From: Octopus sinensis
Taxonomy: Eukaryota
Direction of reading: 5' to 3'
Assembly: GCF_006345805.1 (NCBI RefSeq)
Contig: NC_042998.1
Span: 180,916,001 to 180,980,000 of the forward strand
DNA: 64,000 nucleotides
Shown: positions 13,625-26,345 of the stretch, piece by piece
How positions within the stretch are numbered: the first letter of the stretch is position 1
Layout: every line of letters begins with the position of its first letter
Translations under genes and position numbers: made by a program
Notes under the pieces: model-generated
What the model saw: the letters and a program-made list of their open reading frames with translations, nothing else
Databases searched by the model: none
Told to the model about the DNA's origin: nothing

Positions 13625-13859
13625 TTAAACGGATTATAACAGTGACGACGAGGATTTAAACAACTTACCAGGAATTAATAAGCTCGACGAATTAACAATT
13701 GTGTGAATTTTACGAAAACAAATCGTAAAAAATTAGGGAAAATTTATTGACCTGTTTGCTCTAGTTGCAAAAAGAGCAACAACAACTGTAAGAAGAACAA
13801 CAACAATTACTATCACAGCAACAAATGCTGCAATTAATGAAGTCGTCAGGAAAATCAGA

Positions 13860-15760
13860 AAAATAGTTCAGACTTTGTCGCGAACTCCATTACAAAATTT
13901 CAATACGAACCTGACGAATGCTTCGAAGCATACTACAGAAGATATGAGCAAATCTTTGAGAAAGAATGTAAAGATTGGGACGACGAGATGAAAATGCGCG
14001 TAAACGTGAGGAAACAGACGGTAACAGAACATGAACGATACAGTAATTATGTACTCCCAAGAAAACCTTCGGACATAAACTTTAATGACACAATAGATAT
14101 ATTGTGTGAAAGTTTCAGCGAAAAAAGCTCATTGTTCAACACATATTGGAAGTGTTTGAACATAGAGAAAAGCGACGATGAGGACTACATCACATATGCT
14201 GGTAGAGTAAACAGGGAGTGAGAGAAGTTTAAGCAGAACGAATTAACGCCAGATATGTTCAAATGCCGGATTTTTACACAGGGAATTACTGCCGAAAAGG
14301 ACGCAGAAATTTTAACTAGAATTGTCGCGAAGCTGGAACAAAACCTAGATATAACCCTACAGAAGAATGTGAGAGGATAGTCAAATTGAGACACGACCCA
14401 AGAAATTAAACGTAAAGATTATTTCCAAGTAAAGCAAACGCGAAATAATATGAATGGAGATAAAGTGTTTTTTAAAAGAACACAGCAAAAATCAGGAAAT
14501 AAACCCATATTTTGCATGTGGAGGTATACACGTGAGGAAAAATTGTCCATTTAAAAATGAGAGTATATTCGTTGTGGAAATATAGGACATATAAAGACGC
14601 ACAATAGAACGAAGATGACAAAACGTCAAAACAAAGGAAAAAGAATAAATAATATGCCATCAGGAGAAATTGGTAATATAATGACGAGGAAATTTGTGAA
14701 GGTGAAAATCAGAAATACAAGTGTTAAAATGAAATTAAAGACTGGAAGTGATATCACCATTATAAACGAAAAACCTTGAAATATGTTGGTAAGCCGAAAT
14801 TAATTAAATCGGAAAAGGTAGTACATGGTGTTACGGAAAAAGATTATATTTTTTCGGTGAATTGGTATGTAATGTAACATTTCGAGGTCAAACGAAAACG
14901 GCAAAGATATGTATGTACTAAAAATTTCACTTAATTTATTCTGCACAGAGTGGATGGAACTATTCAAAGTATGGAATACGCCCATAAGTGTTTTGTGCGG
15001 AAATATAGTTGGTTCAGTCGACTATATAGATGATTTCAGTAAAACAAAGTGGAACGCACGTATGTAAGCCAAAACGAAGTGAAAAATTGCCAACGATAAA
15101 AAGTAAACGTTGGCCAAATTCCTTGGTCGAGACTACACATATATTTCACTTTTCTTTTAAACTGATTATTACTACTTGGTGGTAGTTGATAGTTTTTCGA
15201 AATGGCCTGAAATTTGTAAGTGTAAAAAACCAACCTCCTCAACTGAGATAAATTATTTACACGAATTACTTTCAAGATTTGGCATCCCAGACAAGATAGT
15301 GGCTGACAACGGAACGCAATTTGGATCTAGTGAATTTATTAAAATTGTGAAACGTTCGCGGTAGAACATATAGCATATTTCTATATCACCCCAGATCTAA
15401 CGGACAGGCAGAAAGCTTTGGCGATACCTTCAAAAGAGCCTTAATACAATAGAATAAGGAAGTTACAGATGAGGTAGCTCTGCAACATTTTTTAAGAGTG
15501 TACCGTTTGACACCAAATCCGAATGCACCAGCAGGTAGCTCACCAGCGGAGCTGATGTTTGCAACGGAAGTAAAATCAGTCTTTGATAAATTGCTACCTG
15601 GCAAAAAAAGAAAAATTGCCAGTGAAGACATATTCTTTAAAGTTGGTGAAAAGGTGTATATGAGGGCATACAAGAATGGAAAGTAGAGTTGGGATGATGG
15701 CATAGTTACCAAATGCATAGGTAAAATTATGTATTGGGTATAATGTAGAAAGTAGCTAAG
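13860..15760 (+). pseudogene. Gypsy gag / protease / integrase pseudogene
   Basis: ORF fragments 13988-14221, 15176-15364 and 15498-15686 plus frameshifted continuations. Confidence 0.85.
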
Positions 15761-16064
15761 GCATACAAAAGAGACACAGGAACTAACTGAAAAAGAGATT
15801 CGTGGAAAGCAAACCAAAGAAATTGGAGGGACCGATGGAATGGTTGTATGATACATTCTAAGTACCAACTCCACTGCAGGTGACTGAACCCAGGCTTACA
15901 AGTGAGAGGAAAAGAAAACATACAGAGTTCCAGAAAATAGATGCCAAGCGCAAAAGATATCAAATTGTACGAAAAAAAACCTAAAAAAGGGAAGTGGAAT
16001 GAATAATAATAAATTATTGCTAAATAAAATGACATTTCCTCAGAAAAACTTAAAAGGGCGATAT

Positions 16065-16223
16065 TGTAGGGTATTAGCAATTATGGTACACCCCTCCCAC
16101 GTGACGAATGGAATAACCAAGTCACTTTAAGAGAGTACGTATTAGGCGGTCAGAGATAGTTGTGTCTTTACTGGTTTTACTAAGTATACTGTATACTTAA
16201 GCGGGCACTATAACAACCCAACA
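16065..16223 (+). repeat. 3' LTR of the Gypsy element
   Basis: TGTAGGGTATTAG...CCCAACA; shares GTGTCTTTACTGGTTTTACTAAGTATACTGTATACT with the 5' LTR. Confidence 0.88.
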
Positions 16224-16236
16224 TTATTAGGATTGT

Positions 16237-16624
16237 GTGGAGGCGCAATGGCCTAGTGGCTAGGGCGCGGACTCGCGGTCATAGGATCGCGGTTTCGATT
16301 CCCAGACCGGGCATTGTGAGTGTTTATTGAGCGAAAACACCTAAAAGTTCCACGAGGCTCTGGCAGGGGATGGTGGTGATCCCTGCTGTACTCTTTCACC
16401 ACAACTTTCTCTCACTCTTACTTCCTGTTTCTGTTGTACCTGTATTTCAAAGGGCCGGCCTTGTCACTCTCTGTGTCACGCTGAATATCCCCGAGAACTA
16501 CGTTAAGGGTACACGTGTCTGTGGAGTGCTCAACCACTTACGCGTAAATTTCACGAGCAGGCTGTTCCGTTGATTCGGATCAACCGGAACCCTCGTCGTC
16601 GTAACCGACGGAGTGCTTCCATCC
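16237..16624 (+). mobile_element. tRNA(Arg)-like SINE, tail type A
   Basis: Full-length copy; same sequence as 1389-1776 in the opposite orientation. Confidence 0.9.
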
Positions 16625-16932
16625 ATAACACTTGTACAATGTCATAGAGCATATTTTTATAGCTACGGCAACATACACGTGTTCCCCTGTTCAGAGTATA
16701 AGCAGTTGCACATGCAACCGGACATAATATCTTTTGTGCAGCTTCGTTCAGGATGCTTCAACTAGTTGAAGTGGAAACACGAGTAGGTCGTAGTAACCAT
16801 AAAAATATGCTGTCTGACATTGTAAAATAATTTTCTTTTTAATTTGTGGATGTATCAGTCTCCATTTTCTCTATCGTTATAACTATTACTAACATACGTT
16901 CCATATAATATTCCATCCATATAATATTCCAT

Positions 16933-17161
16933 CGGCGAGCTGGCAGAAACGTTAGCACGCCGGGCGAAATGCGTTGCCGTATTTCGTCTGCCGTTACGTT
17001 CCGAGTTCAAATTCTGCCGAGGTCGACTTTGCCTTTCATCCTTCCGGGGTCGATAAATTAAGTACCAGTTACGCACTGGGATCGATGTAATCGATTTAAT
17101 CCATTTGTCTGTCCTTGTTTGTCTGCTCTGTGTTTAGGCCCTTGTGGGTAGTAAAGAAATA
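16933..17161 (+). mobile_element. SINE family M monomer with TSD
   Basis: GGCGAGCTGGCAGAAACGTTAG (A box) ... GAGTTCAAATTC (B box) ... GTAGTAAAGAAATA; TSD CATATAATATTCC on both sides. Confidence 0.9.
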
Positions 17162-17408
17162 CATATAATATTCCCCACAAGTGAAGCGAATACGGAATTA
17201 TCCAATCGAGGAATTTACAGCGTAAAGGATGATTCGTAGTAGCCATAGACGTGAAATAATAATAGATGCGATTATCCATAATCTGGAACACCACAGTTGA
17301 GAGCTATCACGGTATCCACCCGGAAAATATAACCCTCTAGACCTACATATATATACCTACGTACGTTGCTCCATGTCATATATAGACACATATATATATA
17401 TATATATA

Positions 17409-17592
17409 TTTCTTTACTAACCACAAGGGGCTAAACACAGAGGCGACAAACAAGGACAGACAAAGGGATTAAGTCGATTACATCGACCCCAGTGCGTAAC
17501 TGGTACTTAATTTATCGACCCCGAAAGGATGAAAGGCAAAGTCGACCTCGGCGGAATTTGAACTCGGAACGTAACGACAGACGAAATACGGC
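17409..17592 (-). mobile_element. 5'-truncated SINE family M
   Basis: Family body that stops just past GTATTTCGTC, close to the multimer junction position. Confidence 0.85.
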
Positions 17593-18094
17593 TACGAATA
17601 GCTACATATACATATATATAGCTATGGTATATTCTGTTAAGAACGTAGTAAGGTACACCATATAGCTCGTCGACCTTCAGATTTATCCTGTGCGATCTAG
17701 TAGTATTATACGTACTTTCAAGTTTACATTTAGGCATCTACCGTGCGTGAATAGAGAATTGAAAAAACTGGAGTCAACAAGAAGGATATTCTCAGTGACT
17801 ACTACTAAAGTCAAGCCACCGCAGTCAGAGAAAATGTTCTCGAAGCAGATTTTGAACTTACGGAGACAATATTTACATATTGCCTGAGGAAACACAACTA
17901 GATCTCATAATGCGGTTACATAATCAAACGCCTCGAGAACTACGTTGCGTTGAAACAATTGTAGTGATTAAAAATAAATGTCCAACCGTTCTCCTTGCTG
18001 ACAATTTTTTTTCAATTATTTTCATATATATATATATATATATATCGTTTTTAGAAAAATATAAATCCGGAGAAGAAGCACACTCTAAGAAGTA

Positions 18095-18222
18095 GTACAG
18101 TCTATATTCTTTCGGGTGAATGCTGGTTTATGGGGTTATCCTGGGTTTCCCGTCCATAAAGTGCTTAACTTATGGTGTATCTGAAGATACCGTAACACCA
18201 TAAACCGGCCTTCATCAGTAAA
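18095..18222 (-). ncRNA. Degenerate hammerhead-like motif with a long stem II
   Basis: CTGATGA AGG..GGTTTATGG...CCATAAACC..CCC GAAA; stems I and III decayed. Confidence 0.3.
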
Positions 18223-19096
18223 AAAAAATATATGTAAATATATGTTTGCGTGTGTGTATGTATGTATGTATGTATGTATGTATGTATGTATGTATGTATG
18301 TATGTATGTATGTATGCATAAACACAGAATAGAGCAGATAACAATATTTGTTTTATTATTTGGGATTAACCATTCTACCGATGGCTTCATGCAAAAATTC
18401 TAATTCAATATAGAGACAGATTACCAACATTTTAAAGCTGGAACGACACTTAAAATTGCAAGTTTGTCGCATGTAATCAAAGGCAGCCTTTTATCTAAAA
18501 AGCTATAAATGATTTAATGCATGCCAATTTTCCTTTTGTTTCTAATTTTTGACTGATTTTAACTGATTGAACTATAGCTATTCTCGAACTCTACCTTCCT
18601 GGGTTTCAATTTCTGACACCAACTTTACCTCGTAGTTGTATTTCATTATCCTCGTTAGACGCGAAACGCAATGTTGAGAATATAATTAGGAACGATAACT
18701 CAGTGAAGCATGAATATCTCAGCGTATTTCTTTCAAATATATTGATATCATCCTATACTGATATAAATAAACATACACGTCTATGTCGAAGATTAATATT
18801 TTCCATTACAGATTTTTCGTATTACCTGATTAGTCCTTTATATTTAGTGTGGATCAAAATCTTTCCTACGTTTATTAATGTTTCATGACATTTTCGGTTT
18901 CATCTTGAGGTTAGAATGATTATATTACAGATAGAAATACGAAGTAAAAAAAAAAAATTGATGTCCGGTGAGATGGAATCATAAACTCGCAAAATTGTAT
19001 GGGGAGGAGTGTATTCTGTTCGTGTGTGTGTATGTGTGTCTGTGCCACCGTGCGCCTTGTGTACCCGTGTCGAAGAATATTTCTTTCCAATATATA

Positions 19097-19151
<55 letters not shown>

Positions 19152-20149
19152 TATGTGTGCGTACGTGTGTGAGTGAGTATGCGTACGCATAAAGATATTT
19201 TTATAAAGATAAAACTGAATATTAACTGCAAAAGGAACTCACTAGAAGTGCAGATATAAATTATTTTATTAAAAATGGCTTTCGTAACTTCGTTGGTTCA
19301 TGGCCTCCCCGGACTGCAAGTGAAACTTGCGCAAAACTTTGAAGTCATGTCAACTTATAATTAAGAAGATGATGATAAAATAATGTATGTATGTGTATAT
19401 TTATTTGAGTGTGTGTGTGTGCTATATATATATATATACTTTTGCACGTATTTATTTCCACTGACTCAGTTTATTTCTTATGTATACACCTACATGTTCG
19501 AGAGTATAGCAGTAGATATATTCAAATATATGCTTATACAAATGCATTTGCATATGGCTATATAGATAGCTGTGAACATGTATACCCATATATGCACATG
19601 CACATTCGCTCGTATACGCATATACACTTGTTCGTAGCTATGAGATAAGTCGTATATTGGTAAAAATTTTCCGTTCAACAGTCCAAACCAAGCTGATTAA
19701 ATCAGAACTAATGAGGTGTTATTTCATTACCGGGATATCAGTCCGAGGAATGGATTATTTAAATTTAGGGTCTTTAAACTCTATTTAGCAATATGCTATA
19801 AATTCCAAATGTTACCCTCTTTATCACCTATTTTGACTAACTGAGCTATTGAGTTCTACTCTCTTTTTTTTGCCTTATTCTTATTACGAAAATAACGCTG
19901 AGAAACGTACACTACCTAAATACCGTTCCTAATTATCAAACCTTCTTAACGAATAAAGATAGTATGAATATGAAACTGCATATCCTCTTGCATTTAATGG
20001 AAAATAAGGTGAGGTATGATATGGTAAGTTTCCTAAATAAAATATTATCAATTAATTGAAATTAGTTATAGAAAGACAAAGGTAAAGTTTGCCGGTAAAT
20101 GTTAACGATTTCGAAACAAAGCTAGAGATAATTTGAAGGAATGTCAATG

Positions 20150-20790
20150 TAATATATCTTTTTACTATTGAATAGGAAACGACATAAAACGGCTAATCAG
20201 CAAAGTGGAAAATATCATCAAAGGATGCGCTGGAAATAAAAGTTTTAAGAGAATAATCACATAACTCTACCAAATGACATGTTCGGAATAGAAACATGGA
20301 ACTGCCCATCCAGGATCAAATAACTCAACAACTTTGAAGCGGAATTCCTTGAAACCAACAGCATCATTTATAAATTACAATAATATTTTCCAGTGTAAAC
20401 CGAAAGCTTACACCACGGCCATTAAAACCTCTCACAAATTGGGCATATTTTCAGATAAGACGGAAAATATGTACAAACTAAACCAAGATACTCTAAACAC
20501 TTAATAAACAATCTCACACAAAAATACATGAAAGTGAATACAAAGCACCAACGATAACTTTAACCACGGAGCGAAAATAATAGCCACGTTCCTCAAACTA
20601 CATAAGAAATTGCAGTGTGCATACGTAAATCTTAAACACCTCAAGGAATACTTACTCGCAAACCCGAAATAAAAGCTAATAAAATCTAAATGTCGGATTG
20701 GGAATGTTAGCAAACACATATTTAACACTATTTAATGGAGAGATTGAAAATTTCCAGATATTGCGAATGGAATAGCCTTAGTACTCTAGT
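20150..20790 (+). pseudogene. Penelope-like element RT N-terminal relic
   Basis: Frameshifted RLISKVENII.RMRWK ... SDKTENMYKL ... NHGAKIIATFL; homologous to ORF 39195-39929. Confidence 0.65.
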
Positions 20791-20856
20791 TATCTGCCTT
20801 AGAGACATTAGATATGGAAATGGATGTAAATCCACTGTATGATATTGTTGAATACG

Positions 20857-20984
20857 TACATGCACACATACATACATACATGCATGCATACACATACATA
20901 CATACATACATACATACATACATACATACACATACATACATACACACATACACGCATACACACATACATACATACATACATACA

Positions 20985-21013
<29 letters not shown>
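20857..21013. repeat. (TACA)n microsatellite
   Basis: Directly visible. Confidence 0.96.
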
Positions 21014-21015
<2 letters not shown>

Positions 21016-21049
21016 TACGTACGTATTGTGTGTGGCGGAGGTGGAGTTT

Positions 21050-21400
21050 CCTGTGTGCGTTTGTTATGAAAAAAAGCAGTGACCTGTCTACAGGGCTTCC
21101 GACACGGGAAGAGATGGGATGCAGACAACCTGAAACCCGGATCCTTGCAACAACGTGGACTCCTATGAAGGATGTAACGTTGAAACTATGCATAATAACA
21201 CAGACTCCATTTACTGACTTTAGTCCTGAAGTGCATAAACAATGACATTTGTAAAGTATACAGGAACCAGATTTGGCACGGATTTACCTTCTGTTTAACA
21301 CCATTGTCCATTGGAATCGGTTCGAACAGAACATAATTGTAGTTGATGTCGCAATTTATATTGGTGTGTAGTTGGACAAACATATGAAGAAGGGTAGGTA
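21050..21400 (+). pseudogene. Probable CR1/L2-group LINE ORF2 C-terminal relic
   Basis: IVHWNRFEQNIIVVD...LDKHM resembles the CR1 terminal motif WN.LP..VV...FK..LD.HM; heavily decayed. Confidence 0.45.
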
Positions 21401-21851
21401 TTTCAAATTTTCCAAAATTTTCTGCACTGCATTTCGGTTCACCATATCAAAGGCTTTCGTTAGATCAATGGGAACTGAAGCTTGTAATGGAAAGTCTCTG
21501 TCCTTTGCTCATTTCCTTTGCTCCAAACATTGAATCTGTAATGCATATATGATCTCTTATATGCATTTGGTAATAAAAATGAATTTGGTACTTTATTTAA
21601 CAAATTAAAATGACACAAATGCAATTGAGAGTTGAGAAAATAGATTTTTATAAGGGCTCCTTTCATTTTTTTAGGTTCAACACATGAAAATCTCTTCCTT
21701 TTCTCTTGGAGAATTAGCCTAGAACTCTTTCGCTTGTCACCATTCGATGGTTGCTCACGATGCAATATCCTGTAGTAGTCGGCAATCATATTGACATTCC
21801 ACCTTCCCTGGTATATTTTTTCCATCTCTTTTATACATTTCATATATATAT

Positions 21852-22268
21852 AGGCGCAGGAGTGGCTGTGTGGTAAGTAGCTTGCTAACCAACCACATGG
21901 TTCCGGGTTCAGTCCCACTGCGTGGCATCTTGAGCAAGTGTCTTCTGCTATAGCCCCGGGCCGACCAATGCCTTGTGAGTGGATTTGGTAGACGGAAACT
22001 GAAAGAAGCCTGTCGTATATATGTATATATATATATGTATGTGTGTGTGTGTGTTTGTGTTTGTCCCCCTAGCATTGCTTGACCACCGATGCTGGTGTGT
22101 TTACGTCCCTGTCACTTAGCGGTTCGGCAAAAGAGACCGATAGAATAAGTACTGGGCTTACAAAGAATAAGTCCCGGGGTCGATTTACTCGACTAAAGGT
22201 GGTGCTCCAGCATGGCCGCAGTCAAATGACTGAAACAAGTAAAAGAGTAAAAAGAGAGTAAAGAGAGT
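21852..22268 (+). mobile_element. tRNA-derived SINE family K with internal (TA)(TG) tract and (AAGAGT)n tail
   Basis: AGGCGCAGGAGTGGCTGTGTGGTAAG..GGTTCAGTCCC head; homologous to 62393-62822 and 63593-64000. Interrupts the Chapaev3 relic. Confidence 0.88.
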
Positions 22269-23271
22269 ATACCCCAGATTTTCCAGAAAGAAATCCAAAT
22301 GGGTATATAGGAAATTAATTTTAATGCTCATTTTACCTCCTAAGGCGTCGAACTTTTCCAGCATTCTTCAAACTATGTCTTTGTAGTCTGGTTCCTTGTG
22401 ATTGCCCAAGAAGCTCTTCATCGCATTTTAAAAACTAATCCTTGCATCATTATCGGAATCACAAATAGATTTTTAAAATTTTCGTCCTTGACAAGTTTCC
22501 TTATATCTGGCCCAATATATACCCATCTTCAGTCCTGGCGTCTGATGGAGCAGGAAACTTGTTACACAAATACTTGAAGCCCTCTTCATCCTGTGGCAAA
22601 GCTTCAATGATTTGCTTCATGAGTTTTATATTTAATGGGGGCAAAAAACTCTTTAAATCCGCCAAACTTTCTTGAAGGATATTCTTTGTTCCTGGTCTAA
22701 ACGTGTCCTTACTTGATCTTTCTTTTTTTAGACCAATGGCGAAGCAAGGACGCTTCACTCTTGTCCAAGCAACATGCAGATTATTTTCAAGTCGCCGCAA
22801 ATCATCTAGTTGTGACCTTAGAATTTAATCTCGTGTGAGAGTGACGCCGAATTTTCATAAGCTTCTTTAATGACCACTGAGTGTCCAACAGGAGTGGAAT
22901 CATATCTATTACTATTATGAAGTCGAACAGCTTTAAGACTTCTCTTTGAAGAGTCAATAGAGAATCTCCGTACATCAGGGCTGTAACTTATACCAAACTT
23001 TCCTGTTAGTCCTGATGCATTTGTGCAAGAAACCAAATCATTTTCTTGAACGAAATAAGGAACGAATTCTTTTTCGTGGTTACATACCAATAGAATGATG
23101 CATGTGGAGCTAACACATTTTTGGATTTAAGTCTGGATCCTAAAACTCATGCAGACTCCTTTACAAGCCCTAACTCCCTTGCTACTTAAATTAAATTAAT
23201 TTGCACTGGTTGAATGCTTGATGTTTTTCACCTTCTCTGCCATTAAAATCCTCATCCTCATTGTTATTTCT

Positions 23272-23684
23272 TATTTCTTTATTGCCCACAAGGGGCTAAA
23301 CATAGAGGGGACAAACAAGGACAGACAAAGGGATTAAGTCGATTACATTGACCCCAGTGCGTAACTGTTACTTAATTTATCGACCCCGAAAGGATGAAAG
23401 GCAAAGTCTACTTCGGTGGAATTTGAACTCAGAACGTAACGGGAGACGAAATACCTATTTCTTTACTACACACAAGGGCTTAAACACAGAGAGGACAAAC
23501 AAGGACAGGCAAATGGATTAAGTCGATTATATCGACCCCAGTGCATAACTGGTACTTATTTAATCGAACTCGAAAGGATGAAAGGCAAAGTTGACCTCGG
23601 CGGAATTTGAACTCAGAACGAAGCGGCAGACGAAATACCGCTAAGCATTTCACCCGGCCTGCTAACGTTTCTGTCAGCTCACCG
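23272..23684 (-). mobile_element. Dimeric SINE family M inside one 16-bp TSD
   Basis: TSD CCTCATTGTTATTTCT at 23256-23271 and 23685-23700; junction GTAGTAAAGAAATAGGTATTTCGTC. Confidence 0.9.
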
Positions 23685-24667
23685 CCTCATTGTTATTTCT
23701 GCCTTTTGACTCAGAACTTAAGTGTAAACTTTTCAAGGTTTCCTGATGGTGACTAAGCTGGAACGCCTGGTCCATAGACAACAGGTCGCAATGCAGCGGG
23801 GAGATTTAGATAAACAATGTTTTTTTTTTTCTAGCCCTTCGAATTGTTCCCCTGCATCTTGCATGTAAAACAATAGCAGTCATCACTGTAGATTTTGGCT
23901 CTATCCATATCATTGGAACCTGAAAACGAGTAGACTTCTTTGTACATTTTATCCATTGTCTTACTTCTTCAACACAAACTGAGCAGACATTAACATGGGT
24001 CTATTTCTTATCTTGGTCTCGAATTTCACACAAAAGTAAGCACAGTAAGATTTGTTGACAAATTCAGACATATCTCTCTGCCATCTTTTAGTCACAAAGT
24101 TGCCCCAATCGTAATAAAAGTTATTCGAGATTGCTGCACAAGTTCTAGAAGTCATTCTTGCTTCAAATGCCGTGGAATTCTGTAACGAAAAGGGAAGGGA
24201 ACATTTTTAACAATTTATATTTGATTTACTATCGAAATTCATACATATTATGATTAAAGAAGCATTGAGTTGTAATAAAGGATACAATACAACAATGCGT
24301 TTACCATATGCACATTAAAAAGTGGGTATGAGGAAATAACTGGAAAAAAAGTCATGTTTTAACCTAAGCAACGTAACCGAGTAAAGCGAGTCGTTATTTC
24401 CAGATTGCTTGTGAATGACTGAATCTAAGAGATGCAGGTATCTCCCTGTGTAGCTGAAGCAGTCTAAACGTTGCCAGCTGCTTATTTTTCAAAGTTAAAC
24501 CCATTAGTTATTCTGTTATAATCTATTTCAAAATGACAATTTATAGGAATAATAAACAATAGTCAAATTCGGGATAATGGTAAACTGCAATGATTGATTT
24601 TGTGAAGAAACCGTAAGTTGTAAAATAATTTCTTTTTAATTTTTGAAACAAGCAGACACAAACTGAT

Positions 24668-25040
24668 CAATGTCGGCTGAAAAGTTCATAGGTTGACCAA
24701 GTTACTTTCATGGAATATGACCAAATGAGATTCATTTTTCAACATAGTCTCCCTTGCAGCCCACGCATTTCTTCCATCAGTGTTGCAACGATTGCATCCC
24801 ATTGGTGATGAAGGTTTTATCCTGTTGGACAAAAGAAGTCATCAACAGCAGATATGACGTCATCAGTACACCCATACTTGTTCCCAGCCAAGTGTTTTTT
24901 TCCTGTTGGCGAACAGATGATCGTGTGAATGGGGCCGAATCAGGAAAATGGGGAGGGTGATCAACTACAGTCACGCACAGCGGCCCTTGAAACGAAGTAC
25001 TTGTGATGCTGAAGCATTGTCCTGATGAAAAAAAAACCCT
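24668..25040 (-). pseudogene. Mariner (DD34D-type) transposase C-terminal fragment with the 3' terminal region
   Basis: VDHPPHFPDSAP (YSPDLAP motif), ..FVQQDKTF.TNG.Q.LQH, GDYVEK. Confidence 0.8.
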
Positions 25041-26345
25041 TCAGTCAGTTTTATTGGGTTTTTATTTTTTTATAGCCTTTCGTAACTGCCCAAGAAAGCT
25101 GGAATATAGTTCTTCATTGATGGAAGTAGTCAGTAAATAAAATAAAATGCATTTGTACGTGAGAAGGGGTGTTTCTAATGCATGGATTGTCCCTTTGGAG
25201 TTCTTTACATGAACCCCACACGCGCGCACACACAAACATACACAGACACGCATGCACGCGTACACACACACGCATACAAACATGTGCATACATATACACA
25301 CACACGCGCACACATATATTCATGTAAGTACCAGATGTATGTAAGCATATATGTGGCCTGCGTTTGGTTAAGAATTTCACTTCCTACCACAAAAGAACCC
25401 CATACGATCCTATTAGCATCTTGGGAAATTGTACTCTTTCTTGATCTCAAATCGTATATATATCTGTTGTTCTGTTATTGATGGAATCAGTATAAAAGTA
25501 TTCCCCAGTGCCAGATAAATATTATTTAATAAATACACCACTTAAACGTGAGTTACTATAAATACAGTAATTGTAGGAGTTTGTTGTATAGTGTAGCGTG
25601 TTATATACTGCAATTCTTTCAGGCTCGCTCACATGCACAAACAAAAGACACACACACACACATTTATACTCACACATACATCCACACACGCACTCACATG
25701 CAAACATCTACCAATATAAATGTACCAGTTTAGTCTTATATATGATCCATGCGTCTGTATATTTATATGTTAATTGTAATACGAGTTTTCAGTTTCTTTG
25801 TGCATGTAGAAAGAGACGATTATTTCAATTCAATTTACTCTCCCCGGAAGTTGCTTATTGGAAAGGGAACAGGGAGTAGGAAATAGAAAACAGAAAATAC
25901 ATATGTAAAGATTTGTAAAGGAAATATATATTCAATGGGTGTATTTCTGACTCACCTATTTTGAATCTACAGTGTCTCTCTATAAGTTCACAATTAATAT
26001 ATCAATGGTTTGAGGTCATATTCATTCCGTTAGGTAGAATAAAATTCTAATAGGAAATGTTTCACAGTGAATGAAAATGAAAATAGAATGAAATTAAATA
26101 AATCACAACAATTAAAAATAAATTGTATTAGTTTCAAATTTTGACACAAGACAAACAATTCCGGGAGACGGTGTAGGTCGATTACATTGACCTCAGTGCT
26201 CAACTGGTACTTAATTTACTGAACTCGAAAGGATGAAAAGGAAAGCTGTCCTCGGCGGACTTTGGACTCAGAACGATTCTGCCAGTTCGCCGCTCTAAAT
26301 TAAAAACTATCATTAAAGATAATATATGTATATATATATATATAT

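Larger units (their letters stand above)
13461..16223 (+). mobile_element. Ty3/Gypsy LTR retrotransposon, decayed and internally deleted (gag-PR-IN, no RT/RNase H)
   Basis: TG...CA LTRs at 13461-13624 and 16065-16223; PBS-like GTGACGACGAGGA after the 5' LTR; purine tract before the 3' LTR. Gag YSNYVLPRKPSDINF..KCLN, decayed Zn knuckle, protease KTGSDITII, integrase VVDSFSKWPE/RFGIPDKIVADNGTQF/YRLTPNP..SPAELMF. Confidence 0.9.
21560..24200 (-). mobile_element. Chapaev3-like (CMC) DNA transposase pseudogene, copy 1, split by two SINE insertions
   Basis: SYCAYF..DQDK..VCSVCVEE..FQVPMIW.EP; IDSSKRSLKAV.LHN.N.Y.S.PVGHSV; LPPL.IKLMKQ; MSIKINFLYTHLDFF.ENLG; IKEMEK.YQGRWNVNM.ADY. Superfamily name assigned from memory of these motifs. 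Confidence 0.75.

Noticed and set aside
13456-16228. TSD around the Gypsy element
   Set aside because: The flanks TTCGT and TTATT do not match convincingly.
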